Shown: positions 1 to 9,726, numbered from the stretch's first letter. The stretch: 64,000 bases of DNA from a bacterium (GCA_036275835.1 DASUDA010000191.1:263-64262), one strand, 5' to 3'. Numbers and translations are program-made. Notes: generated by a model from the sequence alone, not told the origin.

Positions 1-918
1 CTGAAGCGTCTTCTGGTCCCGCTCGACGGATCCCGTCTGGCGGAGGCCGTCCTCCCCGCGAGCGTCTCTCTGGCCGGCCGCCTCGACGCCCGGCTCACCC
101 TCCTCTATGTCATGGAGCGCACCGCTCCGGCCACCGCTCACGGGGATCGCCACCTGACGCTCGTGTCCGAGGCCGAGCGCTACCTCGATGAGGTCGCCGG
201 CCGGTGCCGGACGGAGGGGGTCGAGGTGGACCGGCACGTCCATCCCAACGAGGTCGGAGATGTCGCGCGAAGCATCGTCGACCACGCGGCAGAGATGGCG
301 GCCGACCTGGTCGTTCTCGCCACCCACGGCGCGGGAGGGGCCCGGCGCGTGCTCTTCGGGAGCGTCGCCCAGCAGGTTCTCCGCCGGGGCGTCCGGCCGG
401 TCCTGCTGGTCCGCCCTCCGGCCGCGGGCCCGGCGGCCGGTCTTCCCGCGTTTTCCCTCCGCCGCCTGCTCGTGCCGCTGGACGGCACGTCCGCCTCTCA
501 GGCCGCGCTGCCGATCGCAACCCTCATCGCCCGGGCGTATGAGGCCGACCTGCTGCTCCTCAGGATCGTGCCGACCCTGGCGACGGTCTCGGGCGATCGG
601 GCCGGTACCGCGCTGCTCGTGCCGACGGCCACGGCGGCGTCGCTCGACCTGGAGGAGACGGAAGCCCGGAGATCCCTCGAGGAACTCGCGGCGACGCTCC
701 GCGCCCAGGGCCTCCGGGCGTCCGCCGTCGTGGGTCGAGGCAACCCTTGGCAGGGTCTCCTGGATGGCGCCGCGCAGGCGGGCGTGGAGATGATCGTGAT
801 GGCCACTCACGGCCGGGCCGGACTCGACGCGGCCTTCTCCGGGAGTGTGGCCTCCCGCGTGGTGGCGAAGTTTACGCGTCCCCTCCTGCTCGTCCGGTCT
901 CCCCGCTCCGCTGATTGA
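1..918 (+). CDS. Universal stress protein with tandem UspA domains; 5' end lies outside the window
   Basis: The frame is open from base 1 and the ORF track shows the internal part (112..918). Two repeats of the UspA-type pattern are present (LLVPLDGS ... VVLATHG...GSVA ... VLLVR). The stop is at 916-918. Confidence 0.75.
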   Translation: MKRLLVPLDGSRLAEAVLPASVSLAGRLDARLTLLYVMERTAPATAHGDRHLTLVSEAERYLDEVAGRCRTEGVEVDRHVHPNEVGDVARSIVDHAAEMAADLVVLATHGAGGARRVLFGSVAQQVLRRGVRPVLLVRPPAAGPAAGLPAFSLRRLLVPLDGTSASQAALPIATLIARAYEADLLLLRIVPTLATVSGDRAGTALLVPTATAASLDLEETEARRSLEELAATLRAQGLRASAVVGRGNPWQGLLDGAAQAGVEMIVMATHGRAGLDAAFSGSVASRVVAKFTRPLLLVRSPRSAD

Positions 919-943
919 CACAGGAAACCTGCGAGGCTATACT
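915..943 (+). promoter_or_regulatory. Near-consensus sigma-A/sigma70 promoter: TTGACA, 17-nt spacer, TATACT
   Basis: Read directly: ttgaca at 915-920, a 17-nt spacer, tatact at 938-943. It overlaps the USP stop codon and points toward prkA. Confidence 0.5.
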
Positions 944-1080
944 CGGCTCAAAGTTTCACGGCCCAACGCGCGACAGTCGATGACGCCAGAGCCATCACAC
1001 GAGCGCACCGGATAGTCACGCAGAACAGGAGACGGCGCAACATCGAACCAGGGCCCATGCGATCCAGCGGGAGGGCGTAA

Positions 1081-1133
1081 GGAAACTCAGCGAGGGAGCC
1101 AGGAGGCTCCAGCGCTGGGTTTCCGCCTTTTCT
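1081..1133 (+). terminator. Strong composite hairpin followed by a U-rich tract; intrinsic terminator or attenuator in the prkA leader
   Basis: Three stacked helices (6+5+6 bp) can be drawn: GGAAAC-t-CAGCG-ag-GGAGCC-agga-GGCTCC-ag-CGCTG-g-GTTTCC. This is followed by gCCTTTTCTgg. It lies about 135 nt downstream of the consensus promoter and about 170 nt upstream of the prkA start. Confidence 0.45.
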
Positions 1134-1301
1134 GGCAGCACGCGGTATGACAAACGCGTGACGTGGCGGTCGGAACTGGGACCTGTCATGCGCCGTACAA
1201 GAGGGGAAAGAGGATGTCGCCATATTCGCCGAGTGGGGTAAGAACAGGTCTGAAGGGACTCTGATCCGACCGAAAACTTGCCGCAGAGCCCGGTGGAGGT
1301 T

Positions 1302-2966
1302 ATGAACAACATCACCACAGTTGAGGCTTTTCTCGCAGCGACCCGCACCGACCGGCGTCTCACCCGCACCACTCTGCACTACATCTCCGACATGATCGAT
1401 TACTTCGGGAAAGCCAAGGTGTTCGAAGGCATCTACGGCATGGACCATCAGCTCGACGACATCGTCGCGTTCTTCAAGGGGTACGCGATGAGCATGGAGC
1501 GGCGTCTGCTGCTCCTCGTCGGGCCCCAGGGCTCCGGCAAATCCATGACCGTGGACAAACTGAAGCGCCGGCTCGAGGAGTACTCACAAAAACCCGACGG
1601 CGCGCTCTACGCGGTGGAGGGATGCCCGTTTCACCAGCACCCCTTCGACCTGATCCCGCCGGACGCGCGGGAGGCGGAAGGCATCTGGTGGCACCCCGAG
1701 GCCGTGCCCTGTCCCGTCTGCGAGCGCACGATGGCCCAGCACGAGGGGTGGCGCACGGTTCCGGTCGGACGGATCTTCATCTCGGCCCGGGACAAGATCG
1801 GCGTGGCCAAGCATACGCCGACCGACCTCCGGCGCGAGGATATCACGAACTTTGTCGGCAACATCAACTTTGCGATGCTCAAGGAGCGCGGGTCGATGTA
1901 CGACCCCGACGCCTACGACTTCGAGGGGAAGGTGATCTGGGCCAATCGGGGGATCCTGGACTGGACCGAGGTCTTCAAGAGCCGCCGTCAGCTTCTCTCC
2001 CTCCTCCTGGAGCTGATTCAGTCGAAGCGGATCGACCTCGCCAACTTCCCCACCGTGCACATCGATACCGTCGTCATCGGCCACACGAACTACCCGGAGT
2101 ACAACGTCTTCCTCTCCGAAGACATCATGGAGCCGCTGCGGGGACGGATCCACAAGGTGGACTTTCCGTACAACGTGGACGTCGGGGGCGAGACGCAGAT
2201 CTACCGCGGACTCGTGGACCGGGCCAACTCCGTTCGGGGGGAGACCCGGCACGTCCCCCAGGACGTGTACGAGCTCGCCGCGACGTACGCCGTGCGGACG
2301 CGGCAGGACTCCCAGGGGCTGCGCGGGCTCTCGCCGCGATTCTTCGAGGACACGTTCTCGCTGGCGTACACCCGGGCGGGGCGGTGCATCGATCTCGAGG
2401 TCATCACCGACTCCATCGAGAAGGCGTTCGACCACCAGTCCATCAAGGACCTCAACCAGAAGGACCTGCTCAAGACGTTTGAAGAGACGAAGATGGAGTT
2501 TGTCAACAAGAAGGTCGATCTGATCGTGGAGAAGATCGTCCCGACCCACTTCTACGATTACGCGCAGAACCTCTACCTGAACTATCTGGACGCGGCCGCC
2601 CACAGCGTCCTGGGCGAGGCCCTCGGGGACGGCGAGAAGGAGCTCATCGAGGAAGTGGAGGGCATCCTCGTGCAGAAGCGCCAGATCAGCCGGCAGGGGC
2701 GGGTGGCGTTCCAGAACGTGCTCCTGGAGCGCCGCGAGGAGCTCCGGCGGATGAGCTACCGGGACAACGAACACCTGCGCGGGGCCATGAACGAGATCGT
2801 CTTCAACAAGATCAAGAATTGCCTCCGGCTCTACGAGAAGACAGAGGAGGTGGACGCGAAGAGCCGCGACCTGCTGGAGGTCCTCCAGCGGAGCGCGATC
2901 GAGGAGCACGGCTACTGCCCGGCCTGCGCCCGGGCGCTGTTCAAAATCATCGGACGCAGCGTCTAA
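1302..2966 (+). CDS. prkA: PrkA family serine protein kinase (AAA-type, YeaG-like)
   Basis: Walker-like motif LLLLVGPQGSGKS plus conserved PrkA central and C-terminal regions. The ORF track begins at TTG 1278. I prefer the in-frame ATG at 1302, which is preceded by GGTGGAGG. Confidence 0.85.
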   Translation: MNNITTVEAFLAATRTDRRLTRTTLHYISDMIDYFGKAKVFEGIYGMDHQLDDIVAFFKGYAMSMERRLLLLVGPQGSGKSMTVDKLKRRLEEYSQKPDGALYAVEGCPFHQHPFDLIPPDAREAEGIWWHPEAVPCPVCERTMAQHEGWRTVPVGRIFISARDKIGVAKHTPTDLRREDITNFVGNINFAMLKERGSMYDPDAYDFEGKVIWANRGILDWTEVFKSRRQLLSLLLELIQSKRIDLANFPTVHIDTVVIGHTNYPEYNVFLSEDIMEPLRGRIHKVDFPYNVDVGGETQIYRGLVDRANSVRGETRHVPQDVYELAATYAVRTRQDSQGLRGLSPRFFEDTFSLAYTRAGRCIDLEVITDSIEKAFDHQSIKDLNQKDLLKTFEETKMEFVNKKVDLIVEKIVPTHFYDYAQNLYLNYLDAAAHSVLGEALGDGEKELIEEVEGILVQKRQISRQGRVAFQNVLLERREELRRMSYRDNEHLRGAMNEIVFNKIKNCLRLYEKTEEVDAKSRDLLEVLQRSAIEEHGYCPACARALFKIIGRSV

Positions 2967-2969
2967 GCG

Positions 2970-4124
2970 ATGAAGATTCACCGAGGGCGGATCGCCCAGT
3001 ACAAGCACGATCAGCTCCTGCGGGAGTATCTGAAGCAGAACCTCAACGACCTCATCCAGCAGAAGGAGCTGATCATCGACGGAAAAGTGAAGACCCAGAT
3101 CGTCACCCTCGATCTCCCCACGCTCAAGTTCGGGGAAGAAACGCAGTATCTGGCCCAGGGAGTCGGCAGCGGAGGCGGGGCCGGCGGCAGCGCCGGGGCC
3201 GGTGCGGGGACGGATCAGATCCAGGCGTTGGGGGGGCTGCTGGGCGGCGACCACCACGGGAAGGAGCTGCACGTCGAGCTCGATTTCGACGAGTTCGTCA
3301 AGCTGGCGCAGGAGGTGCTCCTCGACGAGCTCCGTCTGCCGACGTTTCACGAGCCTGCGCGCTCGGGCGAGGTGGAGAGCGAGGACACGCCGGAGCTCGA
3401 TGACCTGGACCGGATCGGACTGCGGGCGGATCTCAACCTGGAAGAGACGATGGTGCAGAGCCTGCTGCGCAACACGCGCGAGCGGGGCGTGCCGGACTAC
3501 GACGTCGATGTGCAGCAGGACGCCTGGTACTTCATCGAAGACCCCACGACCTTTCAGAACAATCGGTCTGTCGAGGTCTACGTCCTGGACATCTCGGGCT
3601 CGATGCGCGGCGAGTACCTGGCCTTGGTGCGGAAGACGATCTTCATCCTCTGGCACTATCTCGAGCGCCGGTACCCGACGAACCTCCGGCGGTACGTCGT
3701 CTTCCAGGATGTCGCCGAGGAGAAGACCCGGGACGAGTTCTTCTGCGTCGAGTCGAGCGGGGGAACGCACATCAGCACGGGGTTTGAGAAGGCGGTCGCC
3801 TTGCTCGACGGCGTGACGGAGTACGACAAATTCCTCTTCATCTTCACGGATGGGGAGACCAGCTCCGGCGACTTCGACCTGGCGAAGAAGAAGTACGAGG
3901 AGGCGCTGGGGGCGTTCGACCTCGTCTGCTACGGCCACGTGAACCCGGGGGGCCGGGGCATCGGAGGGTTCAGCGAATACGTCCAGGAAGCCGTGAAAGC
4001 TCGCGCGGCGGCGGTGTTCGCCAACCTCGTGGATCTCGAGACGATCCGGTCGGCGATGAAGGACTTTCTCGCCTTCTTCGACGCCCGGACCGCCCGGCGC
4101 TACGCCGGGACGGCCCCGCGGTGA
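2970..4124 (+). CDS. yhbH: YhbH/YeaH family protein (DUF444, vWA-like), the usual partner of PrkA
   Basis: It starts 4 nt after the prkA stop. The C-terminal vWA-like region (VLDISGSM ... FTDGETS) is present. The prkA-DUF444-spoVR order is the conserved triad. Confidence 0.8.
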   Translation: MKIHRGRIAQYKHDQLLREYLKQNLNDLIQQKELIIDGKVKTQIVTLDLPTLKFGEETQYLAQGVGSGGGAGGSAGAGAGTDQIQALGGLLGGDHHGKELHVELDFDEFVKLAQEVLLDELRLPTFHEPARSGEVESEDTPELDDLDRIGLRADLNLEETMVQSLLRNTRERGVPDYDVDVQQDAWYFIEDPTTFQNNRSVEVYVLDISGSMRGEYLALVRKTIFILWHYLERRYPTNLRRYVVFQDVAEEKTRDEFFCVESSGGTHISTGFEKAVALLDGVTEYDKFLFIFTDGETSSGDFDLAKKKYEEALGAFDLVCYGHVNPGGRGIGGFSEYVQEAVKARAAAVFANLVDLETIRSAMKDFLAFFDARTARRYAGTAPR

Positions 4125-4140
4125 GACGGGGGCGGCGTCG

Positions 4141-5307
4141 ATGAGCGTCATGCTGACGGAATACCAACGCGTCATTGAGCGGCTCGAAGGCCTCGCGCAT
4201 GATCGCGGACTGGCGTTTGACCCGGTGATCTTCGAGCTCACCGACAGCGACGAGATCGCCGAGGTCGCGAGCATGGGGCTGCCCAACAGGTTCATCCACT
4301 GGTACTGGGGAGGAGCATACAAGGAGCTCGTCACCCAGCAGAACAAGGAGGTCTTCAGCATCCTGGAGCTGGTGCTGAACACCTCGCCCTCCCACGCGTT
4401 TCTGCGGAGCACCAATACCTATCTGCAGAATGTGCTCGTGATCGCCCACGTCTTCGGCCACGCCGACTTTTTCACGAACAATCACTGGTACCGGAAGTCC
4501 AACAAGAATATGCTGAACGAAGCCGAGCGCCATGCCCGTGTGATCCGGGTGTATGAGCAGCAGCACGGGCGGGATCGGATCGAGAAGCTGCTGGACGCCT
4601 TGCTCACCGTCGCGACGTCGGTGAACGCGTTCGAGCGGAGCCCCCAAGAGCGACGCAAGCGCCTGATCTATTACTTGGAGGAGCGGGCTCCCCTCGAGGA
4701 CTACGAACGGTCGCTTCTGGAGGCCATCTGTGAGGAAGCGGAGTATTTCGATCTGATCCAGCGGACGCACATTATCAATGAGGGCTGGGCGACATTCGTC
4801 GAGGCGGAGCTGCTCACGCGCCTCCTGACCGCGCGGGAGTGGGCCAGCATCTCCGTGCAGCTGTGCAACCGTCCCGCGCCCTACACCATCGGCTACACGC
4901 TGTTCAGGCACCTGCGGGATCTCCAGGGGTTTGACCGGGCCCTGGAGATCCGGCAATTTTATGAGGACATCAGCCTGATCGACATGGTCCTCACAGAAGA
5001 GCTGGTCCGGCGCCTGGACATCTTCGTCTACGACCCGAAGGAGAAGCAGAAGAGCTACGATCTGCAAAAGGTCAAAGACATGCTGATCACGCAGAAGCTG
5101 TACAAAGGGGAGCCGCGGATTGAAGTGGACCCGGCCTCCCATGGGCGGGACCTGCTGCTCGCCCACCTGGACGAGGATCGGAAGCTGGAGCCGAAGCGGG
5201 TCGGCCTCTTCTTGAAGGCCGTGCACTCGCTGTGGCGCAATCCCGTGAAGCTGCGCGCCAACGGCAAAGTCTACACGTACGACCGGCGCGGCCTGTCCTC
5301 GACGTAG
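4141..5307 (+). CDS. spoVR: SpoVR family protein
   Basis: It contains the SpoVR family patterns HWYWGG ... HVFGHADFF ... NEGWATF and is the third gene of the conserved prkA-yhbH-spoVR module. Confidence 0.85.
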   Translation: MSVMLTEYQRVIERLEGLAHDRGLAFDPVIFELTDSDEIAEVASMGLPNRFIHWYWGGAYKELVTQQNKEVFSILELVLNTSPSHAFLRSTNTYLQNVLVIAHVFGHADFFTNNHWYRKSNKNMLNEAERHARVIRVYEQQHGRDRIEKLLDALLTVATSVNAFERSPQERRKRLIYYLEERAPLEDYERSLLEAICEEAEYFDLIQRTHIINEGWATFVEAELLTRLLTAREWASISVQLCNRPAPYTIGYTLFRHLRDLQGFDRALEIRQFYEDISLIDMVLTEELVRRLDIFVYDPKEKQKSYDLQKVKDMLITQKLYKGEPRIEVDPASHGRDLLLAHLDEDRKLEPKRVGLFLKAVHSLWRNPVKLRANGKVYTYDRRGLSST

Positions 5308-5442
5308 CCGGCGGCGCAGACCGTCTTCTTGGAGCGGACCGCGCTCTCCCGACGCAAATCGCTCTCACGGTGACCCATAGGGGGCGCCCGCCGGCCTCCC
5401 CGGCGCAGGGGATGAGCGGTTCGCTTCGAAATCCTGGCGAGG

Positions 5443-5949
5443 ATGGACGTCCTGGAAGTCAAGCGTACCCTCGGCGGCGGCGTCCGCACATATCCGTGCC
5501 AGGCGGTAGAGATGACCGGGGAGCGGGCGGTCCTCCTCTACACGTTGCCGCAGCCTGGCCGCGTCGCTGATCTGGCCCTTCCCGCCGGGACCCTCACCAT
5601 CGCCTACTACTGGGCCGGCCGCCCGTACAACGTCTATCACTGGATCAGCCCGGAGGGGGAGACTCTCGCGTATTATTTCAATTTAAGCGGTCCGGTCTTC
5701 TTCACCCACGAGACGGTCGAATGGGAGGATCTGGAGGTCGACATCATGGTGACTCCCGATGGGCACGTCCGCGTGTTGGACGAAGACCGGCTTCCCGAGG
5801 GCGCCGCGACGCGTCTCGGGGAGATCGCCCGGGGACGCGACCGTGTCCTGCGCGAGTTCCCTCAGGTGGTCCGGGAGGTGGAGGCCGCGTCCCGGGCCCT
5901 GCGTGCGCGCGACGGGGGCCCACGGGCGCGCGGCTCGAGGACCCCATGA
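5443..5949 (+). CDS. DUF402 domain protein (FomD/YgaC-like putative nucleoside di/triphosphatase)
   Basis: The length and sequence pattern (YYWAGRPYNVYHWISPEGE ... EDLEVDIMV) fit the DUF402 fold. This is a family-level call only. Confidence 0.5.
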   Translation: MDVLEVKRTLGGGVRTYPCQAVEMTGERAVLLYTLPQPGRVADLALPAGTLTIAYYWAGRPYNVYHWISPEGETLAYYFNLSGPVFFTHETVEWEDLEVDIMVTPDGHVRVLDEDRLPEGAATRLGEIARGRDRVLREFPQVVREVEAASRALRARDGGPRARGSRTP

Positions 5950-6692
5950 TGCGGCTGCGCCAGCGGGTGGCCGTGGTGACGGGGTCGAGCCGGGGGATCG
6001 GGCGGGCGATCGCTCAGGCATTCGCCCGCGAAGGCGCCGCGGTGATCCTGAACGCGGCACGGTCGGTCGCGGACGCGCGCGCCGTCGCGATGGCGATCAC
6101 CGCGGCCGGAGGGAAGGCGCTGGCCGTGCAGGCGGACGTCGGCCGCCCGGCCGAGGCCCGTGGACTGATCGCCCGCGCGGTAGAGGAGTTCGGGCGGGTG
6201 GACATCCTGGTCAACAACGCGGGGATCGTGGACCGCAGCGGCCTATGGGAGATCACCGAAGAAGCGTGGGAGCGGATGATCGCCGTCCATGTCACCGGGC
6301 CATTCTTCGCCAGCCTGGCGGCGGGCGAAGTCATGGTGCGGCAGGGACAGGGTGTCATCATCAACATCGCCTCGATGCGGGGGATCGCCCCCGGGACCGG
6401 TCCCGTACACTACAACGTCAGCAAGGCGGCGGTGCTCATGCTCACGAAGTGCCTGGCGCGCGATCTTGCCCCGCAGGTCAGGGTGAACGCGATCGCGCCC
6501 GGATACACGGAGACGGCGTTTCACGCCGACCGCACGATCGCCGAGCGGGAGAAAATTACGGCGCGCATTCCTCTCGGACGGTTCGGCCACCCGGAGGAGG
6601 TCGCCCGTGCCGCCGTCTTTCTGGCCACGGACGACGGCGCGTACATGACCGGGCAGACGCTGGTGCTGTCGGGCGGAGTCGTCATGGTGTAA
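5946..6692 (+). CDS. SDR family oxidoreductase (FabG-like 3-oxoacyl reductase)
   Basis: TGSSRGIG Rossmann motif, a NNAG motif, and the catalytic S...Y..K (YNVSKAA). Its ATGATG start overlaps the preceding stop (ATGA). Confidence 0.85.
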   Translation: MMRLRQRVAVVTGSSRGIGRAIAQAFAREGAAVILNAARSVADARAVAMAITAAGGKALAVQADVGRPAEARGLIARAVEEFGRVDILVNNAGIVDRSGLWEITEEAWERMIAVHVTGPFFASLAAGEVMVRQGQGVIINIASMRGIAPGTGPVHYNVSKAAVLMLTKCLARDLAPQVRVNAIAPGYTETAFHADRTIAEREKITARIPLGRFGHPEEVARAAVFLATDDGAYMTGQTLVLSGGVVMV

Positions 6693-6754
6693 TTCGCGGT
6701 TCGTGGCAGCCCGCGAAGCGGGTCAAACGTCAGGCGGTGTACTCGGGAACGGGT

Positions 6755-7231
6755 CTACGTATCCGACAGCTTCTTCTCGAAATCGGCGGGTTTGACATTG
6801 TGAAGGAACTTCTTAAACTCCTCTACTTCATGTTCGTCAAACGCCTTCTTGAGCAAAATGCCCCCGGCGGCGACCTTCTCTTCCACATAGATCGGCGCCT
6901 CGGTCCGGAGAGCCAGGGCGATCGCGTCACTCGGGCGCGAGTCCACGACAACGTCGGTGCCGTTGCTCTTCAAATGAATCTCGGCAAAGTAGGTGCCGTT
7001 CTGAATATCTGTGACGACGATGCGGGTCACGCTCACCGTGAGCTGGGTGAGTATCTGGCGAATCAGGTCGTGCGTCATCGGGCGGGGCATGTGCACTCCC
7101 TGGAGTTCCAGCGCGATGGATTGGGCTTCCGGCGTCCCGATCCAGATCGGCAACGCGAGGGTCTCAGCCTTGTCCACGAGCAGCACGACCGGATTCATCT
7201 GCTGATCCATCGCCACGGTCCGCACTTTCAT
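6755..7231 (-). CDS. Bifunctional nuclease family protein (DUF151/BFN)
   Basis: BFN-like N-terminus (VVLLVDKAETLALPIWIG..AQSIALEL). The ORF track extends to 7315. I chose the internal Met at 7231 because it matches typical family length. Confidence 0.6.
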   Translation of the reverse strand: MKVRTVAMDQQMNPVVLLVDKAETLALPIWIGTPEAQSIALELQGVHMPRPMTHDLIRQILTQLTVSVTRIVVTDIQNGTYFAEIHLKSNGTDVVVDSRPSDAIALALRTEAPIYVEEKVAAGGILLKKAFDEHEVEEFKKFLHNVKPADFEKKLSDT

Positions 7232-7540
7232 CCAGATCATGCGCCCGCCTCCTACATGCGTGACCTGACTGCCGACCACGCCCATTATAACAGAGGAGTC
7301 CACAAGTATCATCACGTCCGGCCGGCGGAATCATCCGGCAACCCGGAGAGTACTGCCGGGGGTTCTGAGGAAGAAAGAGTAAGATCAGGGTCCGATTCCT
7401 GCGTCTCCCTCCCGCGGGGTGATCATCTCCTCAATGAAGGAGCCGTACTTCCTCAGGCCATCCTCGCGTCCGCACTGTGATTCCTCTCGCCGCCATGCGC
7501 ACCCGCCGGGAGGTTGCCGAAGAGGGTATACTAGGGCGGG

Positions 7541-8977
7541 ATGACTCGGACGGCAGAGCATGCTCCTGTGAAAACTGACCACGCCGCTCTCCTTGACGTC
7601 CGCCTCAGTGCGGCGATCGCGCTCGGCAAGGCGACGGCCACCCTGAGCCGCTTTCTCCACTGGGGCGGAGGCACGACGATGCCGGGGCGAGTCGCCCGGG
7701 CGGTGGAGCCGCGTCTCCTGCGGCGTCTCTCCGGGCGCCTCTCCGGCGGCAGCGTGGTGATTGCCGGGACGAATGGGAAGACGACGACTGCCCACCTGCT
7801 GGTCCATATCATGCGGGCGGAGGGCCACCGGCCGGTGCACAATCGCGCGGGGGCCAACCTGGCCGCCGGTATCGCGTCCGCGCTCGTCGAGCAGGCCGAC
7901 ATTCGAGGCCGGCCGCGGGGAGATCTCGGCATTTTCGAGGTGGACGAGGCGACGGTGCCGCGCGTGATGCCGGTCCTCGCCCCGCGCGTCGTCGTGTTCA
8001 CAAACCTGTTCCGCGACCAGCTGGACCGCTACGGGGAGATCGACTACATCGCCGGCCTGTGGCGGTCCGCGGGGACGGCGGTTCCCTGGGATCTCGTGTA
8101 TGTCGCCAACGCCGACGATCCCCTGGTCTTCGACGCGGTGAGGGACCTGCCGGGCAGGCTCGTGACGTTCGGCGTTGAGGATGAGCGCCACGCGCTTCCG
8201 GCGATGGAGCACACGGCGGAGGCCCGATACTGCTACCGCTGCGGCACGCCCTACGAATACGCGGTGACCTACTTCGGCCACATGGGCACCTACCGCTGCC
8301 CCACCTGCGGTGTCCACCGCCCCACCCCCGATCTGATCGCGCGTGATCTTGCGCTCGCAGGGCCCGACGGAAGCGAAATGACGATCGAAGCGACGGGGGG
8401 AGGTGCGGTGCGGGTTCGCACCGTGCTGCCGGGGCTCTTCAATGTCTACAACGTCCTTGCCGCCACGGCGGCGGCCCTCCAGCTCGGCGCGTCCCTGCGC
8501 CGCGCGGGAGACGCCCTGGCCTCCTTTGCCCCCGCCTTCGGCCGGGCTGAGCGTGTGCGGGTCGGTGAGCACGAGGTGCAGATGCTGCTCGTCAAGAATC
8601 CGGCCGGGTTCAATGAGGTCCTGCGCACGGTCCTGGCCGCGGGTCCGCTGCCGGTTGTTCTCATTGCCATCAACGACCAGATCGCGGACGGTCGGGACGT
8701 CTCCTGGCTGTGGGACGTCGACGTGGAAATGCTCGCCGGCCGGGTCGGCCGGGTGATCGTGACCGGCCTCCGGGCCGAGGACATGGCGGTGAGGCTGCGG
8801 TACGCTGGAGTCCCGCAGGACGCGATTGAAGTCGAGCATGCGTATGACCGGGCGCTCCGTCGCGCGTTCGACCACTCCACCGCCGGAAGGGTGTTCGTGC
8901 TCCCGACGTACACCGCGATGCTGGCACTGCGCGGCGTCCTCGAGCGCTGGGGGGCGGTGAGGGGGTTCTGGGAATGA
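7541..8977 (+). CDS. murT: Lipid II isoglutaminyl synthase, Mur-ligase-like subunit MurT
   Basis: Mur ligase P-loop GTNGKTTT, a Cys-rich ribbon (CYRCG...CPTCG), and the C-terminal DUF1727 region. It is followed by gatD with an ATGA overlap. Confidence 0.85.
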   Translation: MTRTAEHAPVKTDHAALLDVRLSAAIALGKATATLSRFLHWGGGTTMPGRVARAVEPRLLRRLSGRLSGGSVVIAGTNGKTTTAHLLVHIMRAEGHRPVHNRAGANLAAGIASALVEQADIRGRPRGDLGIFEVDEATVPRVMPVLAPRVVVFTNLFRDQLDRYGEIDYIAGLWRSAGTAVPWDLVYVANADDPLVFDAVRDLPGRLVTFGVEDERHALPAMEHTAEARYCYRCGTPYEYAVTYFGHMGTYRCPTCGVHRPTPDLIARDLALAGPDGSEMTIEATGGGAVRVRTVLPGLFNVYNVLAATAAALQLGASLRRAGDALASFAPAFGRAERVRVGEHEVQMLLVKNPAGFNEVLRTVLAAGPLPVVLIAINDQIADGRDVSWLWDVDVEMLAGRVGRVIVTGLRAEDMAVRLRYAGVPQDAIEVEHAYDRALRRAFDHSTAGRVFVLPTYTAMLALRGVLERWGAVRGFWE

Positions 8978-9726
8978 GTCCGACGCTGCGCATCTGCCAT
9001 CTCTATCCCGACCTCCTGAACCTCTACGGAGACAGAGGGAACATCATCGTGCTCGTCACCCGCGCACGCTGGCGCGGGATCGAGGCGACCGTGACCGAGG
9101 CGCCTCTCGGGACGCGCATCACCCCGGACGGCGCCGACCTGTTCTTCATCGGCGGCGGAGAGGACCGCCAGCAGCGCATCGCCGCCGGAGACCTCGCCGC
9201 CATGAAGCGCGGACCGCTGGAGGAGGCTGTGGACGATGGCGCGGTCGTGCTCGCCGTGTGCGGCGGTTATCAGCTCGTCGGCCGGTTCTACCGCCCAGCA
9301 GAGGGGGATGATCTCCCAGGAATCGGTCTGCTGGATCTCTGGACGGAGCATCCCGGTCCGCAGGCCCGCCGCCTGATCGGCAACCTTGTCATCCAGCCGG
9401 AGGACGGGGATCCGCCGCTCGTGGGGTTCGAGAATCACGGAGGGCGCACCCGCCTCGGGCCGGGAGCGCGGCCGCTGGGGCGGGTGATCTCCGGCTTTGG
9501 CAATAACGGCGAAGACGGGTGGGAAGGCGCGGTGTCGAAGCGGGTATACGGGACGTATTTGCATGGGCCCCTGCTGCCGAAAAACCCCGTGTTCGCCGAC
9601 CGCCTCATTCGCGAGGCGCTCAACCGGCGGCACCGCGGGTTCGAGCTTCCCCCGCTTCCCAACATGCTGGAGGAGCAAGCTCGCGCCGCGATCCTCGCGC
9701 GGATCGGCAAGACCACCTCTGCCTGA
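8974..9726 (+). CDS. gatD: Lipid II isoglutaminyl synthase, glutaminase subunit GatD (CobB/CobQ-like GATase)
   Basis: Catalytic Cys in AVCGGYQL and the His region YGTYLHGP. It is translationally coupled to murT. Confidence 0.85.
   Translation: MSPTLRICHLYPDLLNLYGDRGNIIVLVTRARWRGIEATVTEAPLGTRITPDGADLFFIGGGEDRQQRIAAGDLAAMKRGPLEEAVDDGAVVLAVCGGYQLVGRFYRPAEGDDLPGIGLLDLWTEHPGPQARRLIGNLVIQPEDGDPPLVGFENHGGRTRLGPGARPLGRVISGFGNNGEDGWEGAVSKRVYGTYLHGPLLPKNPVFADRLIREALNRRHRGFELPPLPNMLEEQARAAILARIGKTTSA

Noticed and set aside
1141-1270. Sporulation sigma-E/sigma-K-type promoter in the prkA leader (CATATTC ... GGTAAGAACA).
   Set aside because: There is only a partial resemblance to the sigE -35 (ATATT). 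No matching CATACA-T -10 is at the correct spacing.
1584-4415. A 943-aa minus-strand ORF (and a similar one at 3970..5226) opposite prkA/yhbH/spoVR.
   Set aside because: The translation is Arg/Pro/Gly/Val-rich and low-complexity, lying exactly antisense to well-supported genes. These are typical shadow ORFs of high-GC DNA.
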